IMG/VR virus record: IMGVR_UViG_3300028805_000037
Coordinates: 224,001-288,000 of that record
DNA length: 64,000 nt
Reading direction: 5' to 3' (one strand)
DNA from: a virus
Lineage: Duplodnaviria; Caudoviricetes
In this document: piece after piece, positions 20,021 through 29,722 of the stretch
How the letters are laid out: each line of letters begins with the position of its first letter
Numbering within the stretch: position 1 is the stretch's first letter
Notes under the pieces: generated by a model
What the model was told of the DNA's origin: nothing
The model's input: the letters and a program-made list of their open reading frames with translations, nothing else
The model's database searches: none
Made by a program: the position numbers and the translations under genes

Positions 20021-21111
20021 ATTTAGAAGTATTAGAATTTATTAATAATAATAAAAACTGGAAAGAAATTCTTGAAAAAAATCCATATAATATAAAAATT
20101 AAAGAAGAAGATAATTTTATTATATTAAATTATTCTCAAGTTGAAAGTGATTTTTCATTAAGAATAGTACAAGAATGTAGAGGATTAATTTTAGTTAAAG
20201 AAGATAATAAATATATTCCAGTATGTATTCCATTTTTTAAGTTTTTTAATTATGGTGAAAAATATGCAAGTAAAATTGATTGGAATTCAGCACAAGTTCA
20301 AGAAAAAATTGACGGTTCATTAATTAAAATATGGTTTTATAAAGATAAAATGCATATATCTACAAATAGTATGATTGATGCATTTAAAGCTACTATAGCA
20401 TTACCTACTGATAATTTTAAAACTTATGGTGATTTAGTAATATATTGTTTAAATTCATTTTATAAAATAGAAGAGTTTAATAAAGATTACACGTATATGT
20501 TTGAATTAGTTTCACCTTATACAAGAATAGTAGTTCCTTATAAAGAAATAAAATTATTTTATTTGGGACAAAGAAATAATAAAACATTTAATGAGATGAA
20601 TTTAAGAAATTTTTATAATTATGTACCTAAGTTATATAATATATCAATATTAAGTGATTGTGTAAATAATGCTAATAAATTGCCTAAAGATAAAGAAGGA
20701 TATGTAGTAGTTGATGAAAGATTTAATAGAATAAAAGTAAAATCACCTGTTTATGTAGCTATGCATCATATAAGAACAAATGTGGCAACCGAAAAATCAA
20801 TATTAGAATTGATAAGAAAAAATGAAATAGATGAATTTACAAATTATTTTCCAGAATATAAAAATGTTTCACAACAAATAAAAGATAAATATAATAATGC
20901 ATGTGCAGACATAGCAAATTGTTATTTGTTTGTTGAAATGAAAGTAAAAAATTTAAAAACAAGAAAAGAACAAGCACAACTTATAATGCAAAATTTTAAA
21001 AATTGTTCAGATTTTGCATTTAGTTATCTTGATGGAAGAGTTAAAGGAATAGAAGAATTCATTAAAAATTTGAGTTTAGAAAAATTATTGAAGCGATTGG
21101 AGAATTATTAA
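20017..21111 (+). CDS. RNA ligase, T4 Rnl1-like
   Basis: ECRGLI, KFFNYGE, EKIDGSL, FEL, EGYVV, KVKS. Confidence 0.85.
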   Translation: MNLEVLEFINNNKNWKEILEKNPYNIKIKEEDNFIILNYSQVESDFSLRIVQECRGLILVKEDNKYIPVCIPFFKFFNYGEKYASKIDWNSAQVQEKIDGSLIKIWFYKDKMHISTNSMIDAFKATIALPTDNFKTYGDLVIYCLNSFYKIEEFNKDYTYMFELVSPYTRIVVPYKEIKLFYLGQRNNKTFNEMNLRNFYNYVPKLYNISILSDCVNNANKLPKDKEGYVVVDERFNRIKVKSPVYVAMHHIRTNVATEKSILELIRKNEIDEFTNYFPEYKNVSQQIKDKYNNACADIANCYLFVEMKVKNLKTRKEQAQLIMQNFKNCSDFAFSYLDGRVKGIEEFIKNLSLEKLLKRLENY

Positions 21112-21112
21112 A

Positions 21113-21433
21113 ATGAAATTAAAGCATGGAAGTTGTTATCAATATGATAAAACAATATATATTATTGAAAAAGTTGATTATGATAGAATACTTGCAAAAC
21201 CTAAAATGATTTATTATAAAATATTTTATTATACAAAATTAAATAGATATAATAATCAAATTGCTTTTGTAAAAGATAAAAATAAAGAAATAGATAATTT
21301 TTGTATGACATTTAATGATTGGAATATATTTATTAATGTAAATAAATGTAATTTTATAGGTATTTTACATCAAACAGTAAGATTAAATAAATTTAGTTTA
21401 ACAATAAATAAAAAATATTTTAAGAAGGTGTAA
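21113..21433 (+). CDS. Hypothetical protein
   Basis: ORF only. Confidence 0.45.
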   Translation: MKLKHGSCYQYDKTIYIIEKVDYDRILAKPKMIYYKIFYYTKLNRYNNQIAFVKDKNKEIDNFCMTFNDWNIFINVNKCNFIGILHQTVRLNKFSLTINKKYFKKV

Positions 21434-21436
21434 ATT

Positions 21437-22093
21437 ATGGATGTAAAAATTATAGGTAATACTTATACTGATGAAGCAACTATTACTGAATATTTTGCTA
21501 AAATAGCAAGAAGATGCTATACAACTATTCCATTTATAGATATTCAAATTGATTATGAAAAAGCTAAAAAATTATTAAAAAAGATTATTGATTCTGGACA
21601 TTTATCAATTTTAGAACATTATTCATTTACATTTGCTATAGAAAACGTATCTGTAGCGCTTCTTGGACAATTAACAAGAAATAGATTAGCATCATTTACA
21701 GTTCAATCATTAAGATACAATAATATGAAAGATAGTGATATCAATGTAAGTATACCTGAAGGTATAAAATATGATGATTTAAATGAAATATATTTAAAGT
21801 CAATTAGTGAATCTTACAATAATTATAATAAACTTATAGAAAAAGGCTATAAACCAGAACAAGCTAGATATGTTCTGCCTCAAGGAATAAGAACAAATTT
21901 GATTATGACGATGAATGTAAGAGAACTTTTTCATTTCTTTGATTTAAGGTATTGTAATAGAGCAGATAATGAAATACATCAATTAGCAACTATGATCTAT
22001 TTTCTAGTAAATCAAAAAGATAATTATTTATTTAGTTTTGCAAAACATTCCTGTCAACAATGTAAAAATAAATGTGAAAAATATAAAAAATAA
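21437..22093 (+). CDS. thyX: Flavin-dependent thymidylate synthase
   Basis: GHLSILEH, RNRLASFTVQSLRY (RHRX7S variant), ARYVLP, MNVREL..FF.LR. Confidence 0.9.
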   Translation: MDVKIIGNTYTDEATITEYFAKIARRCYTTIPFIDIQIDYEKAKKLLKKIIDSGHLSILEHYSFTFAIENVSVALLGQLTRNRLASFTVQSLRYNNMKDSDINVSIPEGIKYDDLNEIYLKSISESYNNYNKLIEKGYKPEQARYVLPQGIRTNLIMTMNVRELFHFFDLRYCNRADNEIHQLATMIYFLVNQKDNYLFSFAKHSCQQCKNKCEKYKK

Positions 22094-22141
22094 AAATTTT
22101 TATATAATATATTATAAAATATTTAAAGGAGATATATTTAT

Positions 22142-22852
22142 ATGAAATTTACACAAGAACAAATTGATGAAATTAATCAAAAAGCAGAAGAATCATTAAA
22201 ATTTAGAATAGAGATTAATGATAATTTGAATCAGCAAAAATCACAATATAAAAGAGTATTTTTATCACATTTTACTCAAGGTTTAGATAAAAAATCACAA
22301 GAATATAAAGAACAAGTTAAAAAATGTAGTAATATATTTAATATGATACATCGTGCATATTATTATGATAAAGATTTTAAAGATGCTAATAAAACATATA
22401 AAGATGTATTATTACATTTATTAGAACAAGTTCAGATATTAGTAATGTGGATGAGAACATTAAAACTTGATAGTCATTTACAAGATACATTAGATAAATT
22501 AAATATGTCAATACAAACCCCAGAATTACATTTAAATGAACAAGATGTAGATACATTAAATAAAGTATTTGAAGCAATGAAAACTACACAAGCAAAAATA
22601 TGTGAAAACTCTGATATGATAACAATACAAAAATTTAATGAATTGCCATTTGATGTTAAATTTAATAATATGGATAATCGTAGTGGAATGAAATCATCAA
22701 AATTTAATAATTTAACTACATTATTGTATAAGAAAATGAAGAATAAAGACAAGGCTGTTGAGTCTGTAAATAAATTAATAGATCAAATTAATATAAATAA
22801 TGAAAGTAATGATAATTATTTAAATAGTGCATTTACAATTACTAAGGAGTAA
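22142..22852 (+). CDS. Hypothetical protein
   Basis: ORF with RBS behind an AAAATTTTTATATAAT motif. Confidence 0.6.
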   Translation: MKFTQEQIDEINQKAEESLKFRIEINDNLNQQKSQYKRVFLSHFTQGLDKKSQEYKEQVKKCSNIFNMIHRAYYYDKDFKDANKTYKDVLLHLLEQVQILVMWMRTLKLDSHLQDTLDKLNMSIQTPELHLNEQDVDTLNKVFEAMKTTQAKICENSDMITIQKFNELPFDVKFNNMDNRSGMKSSKFNNLTTLLYKKMKNKDKAVESVNKLIDQININNESNDNYLNSAFTITKE

Positions 22853-22856
22853 TTAA

Positions 22857-23351
22857 ATGGATAAAAAAGAATATCAAAAGATATATAGATTAAAAAATAA
22901 AGATAAAATTAAAGAGTACCAAAAAATATATAGATTAAAAAATAAAGACAAAGTTAAAAAATGGAGAGAAAGATATTATTTGAAAAACAAAGATAAAATT
23001 AAAGAATATCATAATAAATACAATAAAGAATATTTTAAAAATAATAAAAATAATAAAAATAAATTGAAATATTCTGTATATAAAAGTAGATATAAAACAA
23101 AAGAAAGTTATAATAATTTTTTAAAATATCAAAGAAATTATTATAATATTACTAAACAATTAAAAGAAAAATACAAAATTAATAAGAATTATAATGTAAA
23201 AACAGTTTTAATATCAAATGATAATACATTTAAAGGTTTATTTGATAAACAAGGTTATGAATGTGGAAAACAATATTTAGATCAAATTTTTACTAAAAAA
23301 CAAATTGAACTTTTATTACAAGGTTTAATTGATTATTTACTAGTTGTTTAA
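22857..23351 (+). CDS. Basic K/Y-rich helical-repeat protein
   Basis: Tandem KEYQKIYRLKNKDK repeats. Confidence 0.55.
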   Translation: MDKKEYQKIYRLKNKDKIKEYQKIYRLKNKDKVKKWRERYYLKNKDKIKEYHNKYNKEYFKNNKNNKNKLKYSVYKSRYKTKESYNNFLKYQRNYYNITKQLKEKYKINKNYNVKTVLISNDNTFKGLFDKQGYECGKQYLDQIFTKKQIELLLQGLIDYLLVV

Positions 23352-23408
23352 AATTTTTATCTTAATTTAAAACACAAATTATTTACAAAAATATAGATAT
23401 AAATTAAA

Positions 23409-23666
23409 ATGAATATATTTAATGATGAATTAGAAAAATTAAAGAAATTAAAAGAACAATTAATTAGATTAGATACGAGATTATTTGCTTGTGGTCTTTT
23501 TGATAATGGTAGTGATCGTATTGAAGCAGAAATAGATATACATTTAAAATATGAAGAATTAATTAAATTTGCTAAAGAATTGATACAAAAATATAAAGGC
23601 AATGAAAATAAAATTAAAAACATAAAAGATATTTTAAAAGGTGTTAAATTAAAGGAGGAATTATGA
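23409..23666 (+). CDS. Hypothetical protein
   Basis: ORF overlapping the next start (ATGA). Confidence 0.5.
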   Translation: MNIFNDELEKLKKLKEQLIRLDTRLFACGLFDNGSDRIEAEIDIHLKYEELIKFAKELIQKYKGNENKIKNIKDILKGVKLKEEL

Positions 23667-23998
23667 ACGTAGGACAATTAAAAGCTTTTATTGAAAAACT
23701 TAATGATGATATGGAAATTGTTATTGAAGGTGAATATAATAGAGGTGTACCTGTTTGTGAATTAAAAGTTGATAAAAGAGTATGGGATGATAATTATTAT
23801 AGTAGAGATGAAAAAAGAATAGCAGAAAAATGTTTAATTATAACTATTGATGAATATCTTGCCGAATCTGAAGATATTGGAGATAAAGAATTATTTCTTA
23901 CAACAAGTGAATATAATGATATATATAATCAAAATGTTAATGAAATAGATGATGAAGATGAACTTCAAGAATATGATGAGGACAATCAAGATGAATAA
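23663..23998 (+). CDS. Hypothetical acidic protein
   Basis: AGGAGG RBS; MNVGQLKAFIEKL.DD.E-type phage N-terminus. Confidence 0.55.
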   Translation: MNVGQLKAFIEKLNDDMEIVIEGEYNRGVPVCELKVDKRVWDDNYYSRDEKRIAEKCLIITIDEYLAESEDIGDKELFLTTSEYNDIYNQNVNEIDDEDELQEYDEDNQDE

Positions 23999-24380
23999 AT
24001 TACCTATAATTAAATCACAACAAGATATTGATAATATTGATTTTTCTTTATATAATGATGAAGATATAAAGAAAATAAAAAGAAGAATATATTATTTTAA
24101 AAATAAAAATAAAATTAGTAATTATATGAAGAATTATTATAAAAATAATTCAGAATATTTTAAAAAGAATGCTAAAGAACATTATAAAATAAATAAATTA
24201 AATGAAAATTATATAAATAATATAAAAAAATATAGAATAAAAAATAAAGATAAATATAAAGAATATTATAAGAAGTATAATGAAGCACATAAAGAAAAAA
24301 TACAAATGTATTATAAAGATTATTATCAAAAAAATAAAATAAAGTATAAAGAAAGATATTCAAAAAAGAATAAAATCTAA
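23991..24380 (+). CDS. Basic K/Y-rich helical-repeat protein
   Basis: Repeated YYKxNK units; start behind GAGG. Confidence 0.5.
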   Translation: MNKLPIIKSQQDIDNIDFSLYNDEDIKKIKRRIYYFKNKNKISNYMKNYYKNNSEYFKKNAKEHYKINKLNENYINNIKKYRIKNKDKYKEYYKKYNEAHKEKIQMYYKDYYQKNKIKYKERYSKKNKI

Positions 24381-24403
24381 AATTTAAATACCTCGAAAAA
24401 GTT

Positions 24404-24420
24404 AAAATTTAAATTTAAAA
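24404..24420 (+). promoter_or_regulatory. Putative late promoter AATTTAAATTTAAAA inside an RBS-occluding hairpin (24385-24442)
   Basis: Motif recurs 12 times before structural-region genes; 14-bp perfect inverted repeat covers GAGGT. Confidence 0.65.
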
Positions 24421-24444
24421 AAAGATAATTTCGAGGTATTTATT

Positions 24445-26664
24445 ATGTTTAAAAAGACAGCTAAACTTGAATTTAAGAAGATATATGCCTCTGATAATAA
24501 TGGTAATTATTATTGGAGAGATTTTGTTAAACAAGCCAATACTCAACTAGCCACTGATTCTAATTTTGTACCTAAAAATTTCTATGAATACAATACAGAT
24601 AAATTCCTTTATTTGACTGCGAGAGCAATTTCTTCATTAGAATCTTGGGGACCTAATGGAAATTTTGATGCATTTCCTTGGGAAGAATTAAAGAAATCAT
24701 ATCCTACTTTTTGTGGTAAAGGTTTTTATATTGAACATAAAGAAGATGATGAAAATGATGCAAAAGGTATAATATTAGATGCACAACCAGATGAAGACAA
24801 TGAATTTATTAATTGTATATGTGCAATATCTAAAGAAGAATACCCTGAAATATGTGATGATATATTAAATGGAAGATTAAATCAAGTATCAATGTCATGC
24901 TTGGCTTCTTCCTGTGAATGTAGTAGGTGCCATAATGTAGCTACTAAAGAAGAAGAACTTTGTGAACACATGAACCCAGAACATCCTCATTTTTGCAAAG
25001 GTTCACTTGATGAAAATAATAAACCTATATATGAAATCAATAGAGATATAGTATTTACTGGTTTATCTGGTGTTGCAATCCCAGCAGATAAAGATGCTTT
25101 TATATTTGATATTAAAGCAAGTAAAAAACAAAGAACTACAATAGATAAAGAATATAATAAATATTTAAGAGCTAAAAAAGAATATGAATATATTAATTCT
25201 TTATTAGAAAAAGAAGATATACGTAAATATATAGAATCTCAATTGAAGAAAGCATTTGAAGATATTAAAGGTAAATCTTGGGAAGATGTATTAAATAAAA
25301 TATCTGAATTAGGTTATGAATTTGATGAACATTATTATGATGAACCATATAAATTTATTACAGTATTAAAAGATAATAAAGAATATAAAATAAAATTATT
25401 TGGTTATAATAATGGTTCATATGAAGTAATTAGTATTGTAGATACAGGTAAAACATATAAAGATTTAGATGATTTTTTACTTAATTCTAGTTTAAAGAAA
25501 AAAGCTGGTAAATTTAATCTTTCAAAAGAAACTATAAAAGGAATGGTGATAGATGCCTTAGATTTATTAAAATCAGAACACACAATGTATAATAAGCAAT
25601 TTAATACAGACGATGAAGTATTAAAAGTACAACTTGAACAGAGAGATAAGGAACACGAATTTTTTAAAAAATGGAGAGGATATGATTATGGTAATTTTGT
25701 AAATAGACATAATGATACTTTTCATAAATTATATACAAATCAAATTTCTATTGAGCAAGCTGTTGAACAAGTAAAAGCACTTGAAGATCAAATTCATAAT
25801 TATGATTCACTTAATCCACATAAAAAAGCTAATCTTAAAAAGAAAGCAGATATAGAATACTTTTCAGATAAAGTTCAAGAAATTCCAGAAATTGATTTTT
25901 ATACAGAATTTATGAATGCTGGTAAATCTAAAGGTAATTCAGAAGAAATAAATAAAGAACAATTAGAAATGGGTAAAAAAGTTGAGATGGAACATACTAC
26001 AAATCCTATTATAGCAGAAAAGATAGCTATGGATCATATTAAAGAAATACCTAATTATTACAATTTACTTGCAGAAATGGAAGCTTCAGCTAAAGCAAAC
26101 TATGAAGTTGCTAAGCAAGAAATAAATAAAGAAATCAATGAAGAATATCCTACAAAACAAGCATCTAAACAATTCTTTAAAATTAAAAAAGCAAGTTGGG
26201 AAGTTAAAAAAGATAAAGATAATAAGTATCATATTTTAACTCCTGATGGAAAATATAAAAATAGTAAAGGTGAAATATATAAATTTGATACTGAAAAAGA
26301 TGCACTTGAAGAAATGGAATATTTAAAAGCTGAACATAAATATGAAAATAAAAAACAAGCATCTAAACAATTCTTTAAAATTAAAAAAGTATCTAAGAAA
26401 TGGTTTAAAATAGCTAGTGTTTATGATGATCCTGAAGATAGAAACGAAATAGATGAATATGGTTTAAATCAATTAGAAAGAGAAACTCTTGCTGATGTTG
26501 TATGGAATATAAATAGAGTTAATGAAGAATCATATATAACTTGGGAAGAATTAATTGAAAGTATACCTACTGATATAATATCTTATGATTTTATGAATAA
26601 AAATAAAGATAAAATAATAGAATTTATTCAAAATGAATTGGAACAAGATATAGAAGTATATTAA
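24445..26664 (+). CDS. Prohead (capsid maturation) protease with C-terminal polyprotein of KxA-separated modules, including a DUF5661-like domain
   Basis: NGNFDAF..EEL..Y.TF.GK..YIEH, GIILDA, VSMSC..CECSRC, CEH, LSGVAIPAD; GKKVEMEH..AEKIAMDHIKEIPNYY. Confidence 0.75.
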   Translation: MFKKTAKLEFKKIYASDNNGNYYWRDFVKQANTQLATDSNFVPKNFYEYNTDKFLYLTARAISSLESWGPNGNFDAFPWEELKKSYPTFCGKGFYIEHKEDDENDAKGIILDAQPDEDNEFINCICAISKEEYPEICDDILNGRLNQVSMSCLASSCECSRCHNVATKEEELCEHMNPEHPHFCKGSLDENNKPIYEINRDIVFTGLSGVAIPADKDAFIFDIKASKKQRTTIDKEYNKYLRAKKEYEYINSLLEKEDIRKYIESQLKKAFEDIKGKSWEDVLNKISELGYEFDEHYYDEPYKFITVLKDNKEYKIKLFGYNNGSYEVISIVDTGKTYKDLDDFLLNSSLKKKAGKFNLSKETIKGMVIDALDLLKSEHTMYNKQFNTDDEVLKVQLEQRDKEHEFFKKWRGYDYGNFVNRHNDTFHKLYTNQISIEQAVEQVKALEDQIHNYDSLNPHKKANLKKKADIEYFSDKVQEIPEIDFYTEFMNAGKSKGNSEEINKEQLEMGKKVEMEHTTNPIIAEKIAMDHIKEIPNYYNLLAEMEASAKANYEVAKQEINKEINEEYPTKQASKQFFKIKKASWEVKKDKDNKYHILTPDGKYKNSKGEIYKFDTEKDALEEMEYLKAEHKYENKKQASKQFFKIKKVSKKWFKIASVYDDPEDRNEIDEYGLNQLERETLADVVWNINRVNEESYITWEELIESIPTDIISYDFMNKNKDKIIEFIQNELEQDIEVY
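26154..26389 (+). repeat. 38-bp perfect direct repeat (26154-26191, 26352-26389) bracketing one protein module
   Basis: AAAACAAGCATCTAAACAATTCTTTAAAATTAAAAAAG twice, encoding KQASKQFFKIKK. Confidence 0.9.
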
Positions 26665-26687
26665 TATATATAAAAGGAGTAATAAAA

Positions 26688-26966
26688 ATGGCACCACATC
26701 AAGAGAAGAAAAATAATATTACTAGTTACTTTGATTTAAAATCATTAATAACTATATTAGGAATCATAGGTTTTGGTTTATTTTGGATCTTTACTATAAA
26801 TGGAATACCTTCAAGAGTAACAACATTAGAAACAAAGGTCGAAATGTTAGAAAGAAGTATAATTAAAAATGAAACACAAACTGAACTTATATTAAATGCT
26901 ATATATGAAATTCGTAATAATATACAAAATATAACATTACAAGTAAATAATAAAAAAGGTAAGTAA
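26688..26966 (+). CDS. Single-TM plus coiled-coil protein (holin-like, uncertain)
   Basis: LITILGIIGFGLFWIFTI followed by a heptad-like segment. Confidence 0.45.
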   Translation: MAPHQEKKNNITSYFDLKSLITILGIIGFGLFWIFTINGIPSRVTTLETKVEMLERSIIKNETQTELILNAIYEIRNNIQNITLQVNNKKGK

Positions 26967-26968
26967 TA

Positions 26969-27391
26969 ATGAGTAAATTTTTTAAAATTAAAAAAGCATC
27001 TGAAAATGAAATATATACATCATTAAGTAATAAACAAGTTTCTATTACTAGTGATATATTAAAACAATATGTAAGAAAAGATGATGATCCAATTGATGGA
27101 CTTATTGATTTTACACCAAATGATGAATCATATATAAAATGGACAATAAGAGTAGTTAACACTGGTATTGGTCAAGCTAGATTAGAAGTTAAAGTTTTAG
27201 ACATACAAATTAAAGGTAATATAGAATATGAAATAGAAAATAGTTATGAACCAATTATTATAGAAAATATTGTATTACCTATAAATGAAATAAATGTTGA
27301 TATAAACTTTAGTACAAATTTAATAGCTGTAGATTATATTGATTATAATGAAAATGGTAATATAAATGTAAATTTTTCAAGTTTAACCTGA
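26969..27391 (+). CDS. Leader-bearing putative head cargo protein; last codons replaced by the IS insertion
   Basis: MSKFFKIKKA|SE N-terminus. Confidence 0.65.
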   Translation: MSKFFKIKKASENEIYTSLSNKQVSITSDILKQYVRKDDDPIDGLIDFTPNDESYIKWTIRVVNTGIGQARLEVKVLDIQIKGNIEYEIENSYEPIIIENIVLPINEINVDINFSTNLIAVDYIDYNENGNINVNFSSLT

Positions 27392-27494
27392 AAACAAAAG
27401 AAATCTCTTTCCTTTAGGGAAGAGATGAAATTTGTACTTGACATAAACAATAAAATAAGTTATAATATGGTATATCAAAAAAGGATATACTATA

Positions 27495-27629
27495 ATGTAT
27501 AAAGTAGATAAGAACAGAGGTTCGGTAAGTAGTATAATATATCATCTAATTGTTTGTGTAAAATATAGACAAAAAGTATTCAGAAATGTTACAGTTGATA
27601 TATTGAAGGAATATATTGAAAATCAATGA
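27495..27629 (+). pseudogene. tnpA: Truncated IS200-type Y1 transposase (44 aa)
   Basis: YHLIVCVKYRQKVF N-terminal motif; HUH and catalytic Tyr missing. Confidence 0.8.
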
Positions 27630-28780
27630 TACAAAATAAAGCATATAAATTTAGATTATATCCAAATAAACAACAACAAGAACAAATAGATAAAACTATT
27701 GGTTGTTGTAGATTTTTATATAACATCATGCTCTCAGATAAGATAGATTGTTATCAAGAGAATAAAACAATGCTATATAATACTCCGGCTATGTATAAAG
27801 ACTTTTATTATTTTCTTAAAGAAATAGATAGTTTAGCATTAGCAAATGTACAGTTAAACTTAGAAAGAGCATATAAGAATTTCTTTAAGAATATAAAAGT
27901 AGGATTTCCTAAATTTAAAAACAAACATAAATCTAAATGGTGCTATACTACAAACAATTTAGGACAAATTCAAATTGAGAATAATAAAATAACATTGCCT
28001 AAATTAAAAGAAGTTAAAATTGTACAACATAGACAAATAAAAGGTGTAATTAAATCTTGTACAATAACAAAAACAAGAACAAATAAATATTATATATCAA
28101 TATTGTGTGAATACGAAAACCAAGTTGAACCAATATTGATAAATATGCAAAAGTCTAAAATGGTCGGTTTAGACTATTCAAGTTCACATTTCTTCGTTTC
28201 TTCTGATGGTGAAATTGCAGATTATCCAAAATTTTTTAGAAATAGTGAAAAGAAATTAGCCAAAGAACAAAGAAAGTTGAGCTTGAAGAAAAATAAAAAG
28301 TCAAAAAATTATCAAAAGCAAAAGTTAAAAGTTGCTAAAATCCATGAGAAAATTGCTAACCAAAGAAATGACTGGTTACATAAGAAGTCAAGTGAGTTAG
28401 TAAATGCTTATGATTGTATCTTTGTTGAAGATATAGATATGAAATCAATATCAAGATGTCTAAATTTAGGTAAATCAACAATGGATAATGGATTTGGGTT
28501 GTTTAGGAATATGATAGAGTACAAAGTTAAAGAACAAGGGAAATGTTATATGAAAATAGACAGATTTTCTCCTACAACCAAGTTATGCCATGTATGTGGA
28601 TATAAATATGAAGATATAAAATTATCAGTTAGGGATTGGACTTGTCCTATTTGCAAGACATATCATAACAGAGATATAAATGCGGCTCAAAATATATTAG
28701 CTTTTGGTAGAGAAATATTATTTAGAGGTAGGAACTGCCTTGATAGCTCTGTAGTATATTCTGGTAGTAAACAGAATTAA
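27626..28780 (+). CDS. tnpB: TnpB RNA-guided endonuclease
   Basis: KAYKFRLYPN, GFPKFK, RuvC GLD / VED / RDINAA, Zn finger CHVC..CPIC. Confidence 0.95.
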   Translation: MIQNKAYKFRLYPNKQQQEQIDKTIGCCRFLYNIMLSDKIDCYQENKTMLYNTPAMYKDFYYFLKEIDSLALANVQLNLERAYKNFFKNIKVGFPKFKNKHKSKWCYTTNNLGQIQIENNKITLPKLKEVKIVQHRQIKGVIKSCTITKTRTNKYYISILCEYENQVEPILINMQKSKMVGLDYSSSHFFVSSDGEIADYPKFFRNSEKKLAKEQRKLSLKKNKKSKNYQKQKLKVAKIHEKIANQRNDWLHKKSSELVNAYDCIFVEDIDMKSISRCLNLGKSTMDNGFGLFRNMIEYKVKEQGKCYMKIDRFSPTTKLCHVCGYKYEDIKLSVRDWTCPICKTYHNRDINAAQNILAFGREILFRGRNCLDSSVVYSGSKQN

Positions 28781-28828
28781 AATGAGAAGCTCTATGCTTT
28801 AGCTGAGAGTAGTTCACATGAGTAGGTA

Positions 28829-28857
28829 TTTACATTTTAATAAAAATTTATTATAAT
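28829..28857 (+). promoter_or_regulatory. Sigma70-like promoter
   Basis: TTTACA-N17-TATAAT. Confidence 0.7.
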
Positions 28858-28888
28858 ATTTATAAAATAATTTAAAGGAGTAAATAAA

Positions 28889-29137
28889 ATGACTAAATGG
28901 ACTATTAAGAAACAAGCAGAAGATACTAAATATACAGATGAAGATAAGAAAATATATAATGAAACTACTAAATTAATGAAAGAATGTGTTGATATATTAA
29001 ATACATATATTATACAAAGTAAAGATATGAAATTTGAAGATTATGTAATAAATGATCAGCAAAGATCATATCGTAAACAAGATTTAGAAACATTGAAACA
29101 ATTAAAAGATTTTATTAAAAAATATTTTTGGAAATAA
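28889..29137 (+). CDS. Leader-bearing putative head cargo protein
   Basis: MTKWTIKKQA|ED. Confidence 0.65.
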   Translation: MTKWTIKKQAEDTKYTDEDKKIYNETTKLMKECVDILNTYIIQSKDMKFEDYVINDQQRSYRKQDLETLKQLKDFIKKYFWK

Positions 29138-29153
29138 TTAAGGAGTAAAAATT

Positions 29154-29357
29154 ATGGCATTTAAAAAATCTGGTAGTCATAAAGATTCAAAAATAGAAGT
29201 AATAAAGCCAATAACAAAATTGCAAGCTAGCGAAAGTATAATTAAGTGTCCTAAATGTAAACAAGTTATAGGTAAAAAATTAGGTAATATATATCAAATA
29301 TTAGATAAACAATATGTATCTATGAATGGCATTGTTTGTCCAAAATGTGGGAGATAA
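29154..29357 (+). CDS. Small Zn-ribbon protein
   Basis: CPKC...CPKC. Confidence 0.55.
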   Translation: MAFKKSGSHKDSKIEVIKPITKLQASESIIKCPKCKQVIGKKLGNIYQILDKQYVSMNGIVCPKCGR

Positions 29358-29360
29358 TAA

Positions 29361-29662
29361 ATGACTAAATGGATTGTTAAAAAGCTAATGAAGCTGAAGT
29401 TTTAAAAAATTTTACTGATCCTAAATCATCAAAAGCATTAATAACTGTATTAGTTAATGGTAATTATATTAAAGATGTTGATTTCGTATTAAATGATTTT
29501 GATGCTTATATACAATTACAAGATGTTGATAATCTTATAAACCAAGATAAAGATATTGATTATATAATAGATTATATTAATAAAATAAATATAAATATTG
29601 GATGGTTAGAAAAATTAAGACAAGAAAAAATACAATATGTTAAAGATATGTATAGACCATAA
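29361..29662 (+). pseudogene. Leader-bearing gene with a frameshift inside the leader
   Basis: MTKWIVKK, then a ~90-codon open frame ANEAEVLKNF...DMYRP* in the -1 frame. Confidence 0.6.
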
Positions 29663-29722
29663 TTTAGATCATACACATTCTATAATATTAGATAAAATTA
29701 AAAATAAAGGAGAGTAAATAAA

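Larger units (their letters stand above)
27387..28817 (+). mobile_element. Non-autonomous IS200/IS605-family element (truncated tnpA plus tnpB)
   Basis: Left-end hairpin ATCTCTT..CCTTTAGGGAAGAGAT; right end GAAGCTCTATGCTTTAGCTGAGAGTAGTTCAC; follows TTTAA; internal TTGACA-N17-TATAAT at 27438-27466. Confidence 0.85.
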
